Assembly (NCBI GenBank): GCA_947456025.1
Contig: CANGQQ010000001.1
Coordinates: 1 to 49,633, forward strand
DNA length: 49,633 nucleotides
DNA from: Chitinophagaceae bacterium
Lineage (GTDB): Bacteria; Bacteroidota; Bacteroidia; Chitinophagales; Chitinophagaceae
Direction of reading: 5' to 3'
Shown here: positions 48,649 through 49,633 of the stretch, piece by piece
How positions within the stretch are numbered: the first letter of the stretch is position 1
Layout of the letters: every line of letters starts with the position of its first letter
The notes under the pieces: generated by a model
Seen by the model: only the letters and a program-made list of their open reading frames with translations
Database searches by the model: none
What the model was told of the DNA's origin: nothing
Made by a program: the position numbers and the translations under genes

Positions 48649-48684
48649 ATGATTTTTAACAGTAGTGCAACTGACAAATTACAG
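48649..48684 (-). promoter_or_regulatory. Tandem Crp/Fnr-like boxes upstream of the CoA-transferase
   Basis: CTGTA-attt-GTCAG, 8 nt, CTGTT-aaaa-ATCAT, 22 nt, then TATTATTG (48619-48626). Confidence 0.55.
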
Positions 48685-48845
48685 CGCGAAAATGTACTTT
48701 TGCCGTTGCCTGCAATCTTAATTTTATTGCATCAAACAGGAATTCGATACCTACAAACAACAAATACAGTTACCAAAGATTCCGGTATATCAAGGACCGG
48801 AATGAACAAGCATAAAAGAAAAAACTCATGTATAAATACACCGTC

Positions 48846-49448
48846 ATGAAAAAATTGCTCAGTCTCTTCATCGTTCTGTTGCTATCCATAACGATCCGGG
48901 CCCAAATGACGGGAAGCAAATTTCCGCCCTTGGACAAATCGCCGATGGACATGGCCTATTACCCTGTCAATTATCCCATCCTCCGTATCCAGCCCAATAA
49001 AACAGCAGACCCATTGATTGCACGTGTGATCTACAGCAGACCTCAAAAAAATGGCCGAAAAGTTTTTGGAGAATTGGTAGAGGATGGCAAAATATGGCGA
49101 CTGGGAGCAAATGAAGCCACAGAAATCGAATTTTACCGCGAAGTGATTATTGGAAATAAAAAAATTAAAAAGGGTCGCTATACCTTGTACGCACTTGAAA
49201 ACAAAGAAACTTGGACACTGATACTTAATTCTGAAACGGATATATGGGGTGCTTTTAAATACGATGCAGGCAAAGACCTCCTAAGAGTTGTATGTCCTGT
49301 AATGAGAACCGATGAATTAACAGAAGCATTCACTATATTTTTTGAAAAAAATTCTGAAAAAAGCATCTTCCTGACAATTGCCTGGGATGACGCCATCGTT
49401 AAACTTCCCATTTCATGGACAGACCTAAAACCGACCTCTAAAAAATAA
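48846..49448 (+). CDS. DUF2911 domain protein
   Basis: Signal peptide, DKSPMD, YSRP..GR.VFG, WRLGANEAT, WG motifs. Confidence 0.88.
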   Translation: MKKLLSLFIVLLLSITIRAQMTGSKFPPLDKSPMDMAYYPVNYPILRIQPNKTADPLIARVIYSRPQKNGRKVFGELVEDGKIWRLGANEATEIEFYREVIIGNKKIKKGRYTLYALENKETWTLILNSETDIWGAFKYDAGKDLLRVVCPVMRTDELTEAFTIFFEKNSEKSIFLTIAWDDAIVKLPISWTDLKPTSKK

Positions 49449-49612
49449 CAGGCCCGTTCAGCAATCAGCCAGATCAACTCCCGGCCTGACTTGTTGCTTC
49501 AGGACCCCATTTTCTTTACGGGCCACCATAGGCTTGAACACAAACGCATGCAACGCCCTCAGCACGAATTCACTTCATTATACAAGCCCGTGCATTTCGT
49601 ACATTTACAACT

Positions 49613-49633
49613 ATGTGTGGCATCAGCGGAATC
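49613..49633 (+). CDS. Start of a class II (Ntn) glutamine amidotransferase, AsnB/GlmS-type, truncated by window end
   Basis: ATG TGT GGC ATC AGC GGA ATC = MCGISGI, preceded by a TACATTTA box at 49600-49607. Only 7 codons are visible. Confidence 0.7.

Overview
Bacteroidota chromosome segment, probably Chitinophagaceae-like (inferred from TAnnTTTG promoter boxes, a T9SS-type cargo protein and gene content). It holds about 40 genes, mostly housekeeping: class II ribonucleotide reductase nrdJ, GGGP synthase, two MarR regulators, acyl-CoA dehydrogenase, amidase, RRM protein, a 2-oxoacid oxidoreductase beta subunit, heme A synthase, rnhB, gmk, tatC, rpiB, a deoxyhypusine synthase-like gene and queD. 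A ~9.7 kb sulfide/persulfide cluster (22234-31929) carries CoADR-rhodanese, SQR-TusE-DsrE, two YeeE/YedE genes, a rhodanese, persulfide dioxygenase, TauE and a Crp/Fnr regulator. I saw no rRNA, tRNA, CRISPR array or mobile element. The best unexplained signals: (1) a ~280-nt A/C-rich repeat tract at 32811-33088 (-) between a promoter-like box and a terminator, resembling a protein-sponge ncRNA; (2) a shared TGA-N6-TCA promoter architecture at fixed spacing in front of seven genes; (3) a 41-aa lipoprotein ORF missed by the ORF track; (4) several apparently leaderless genes. All family calls come from motif recognition by eye, not database searches.
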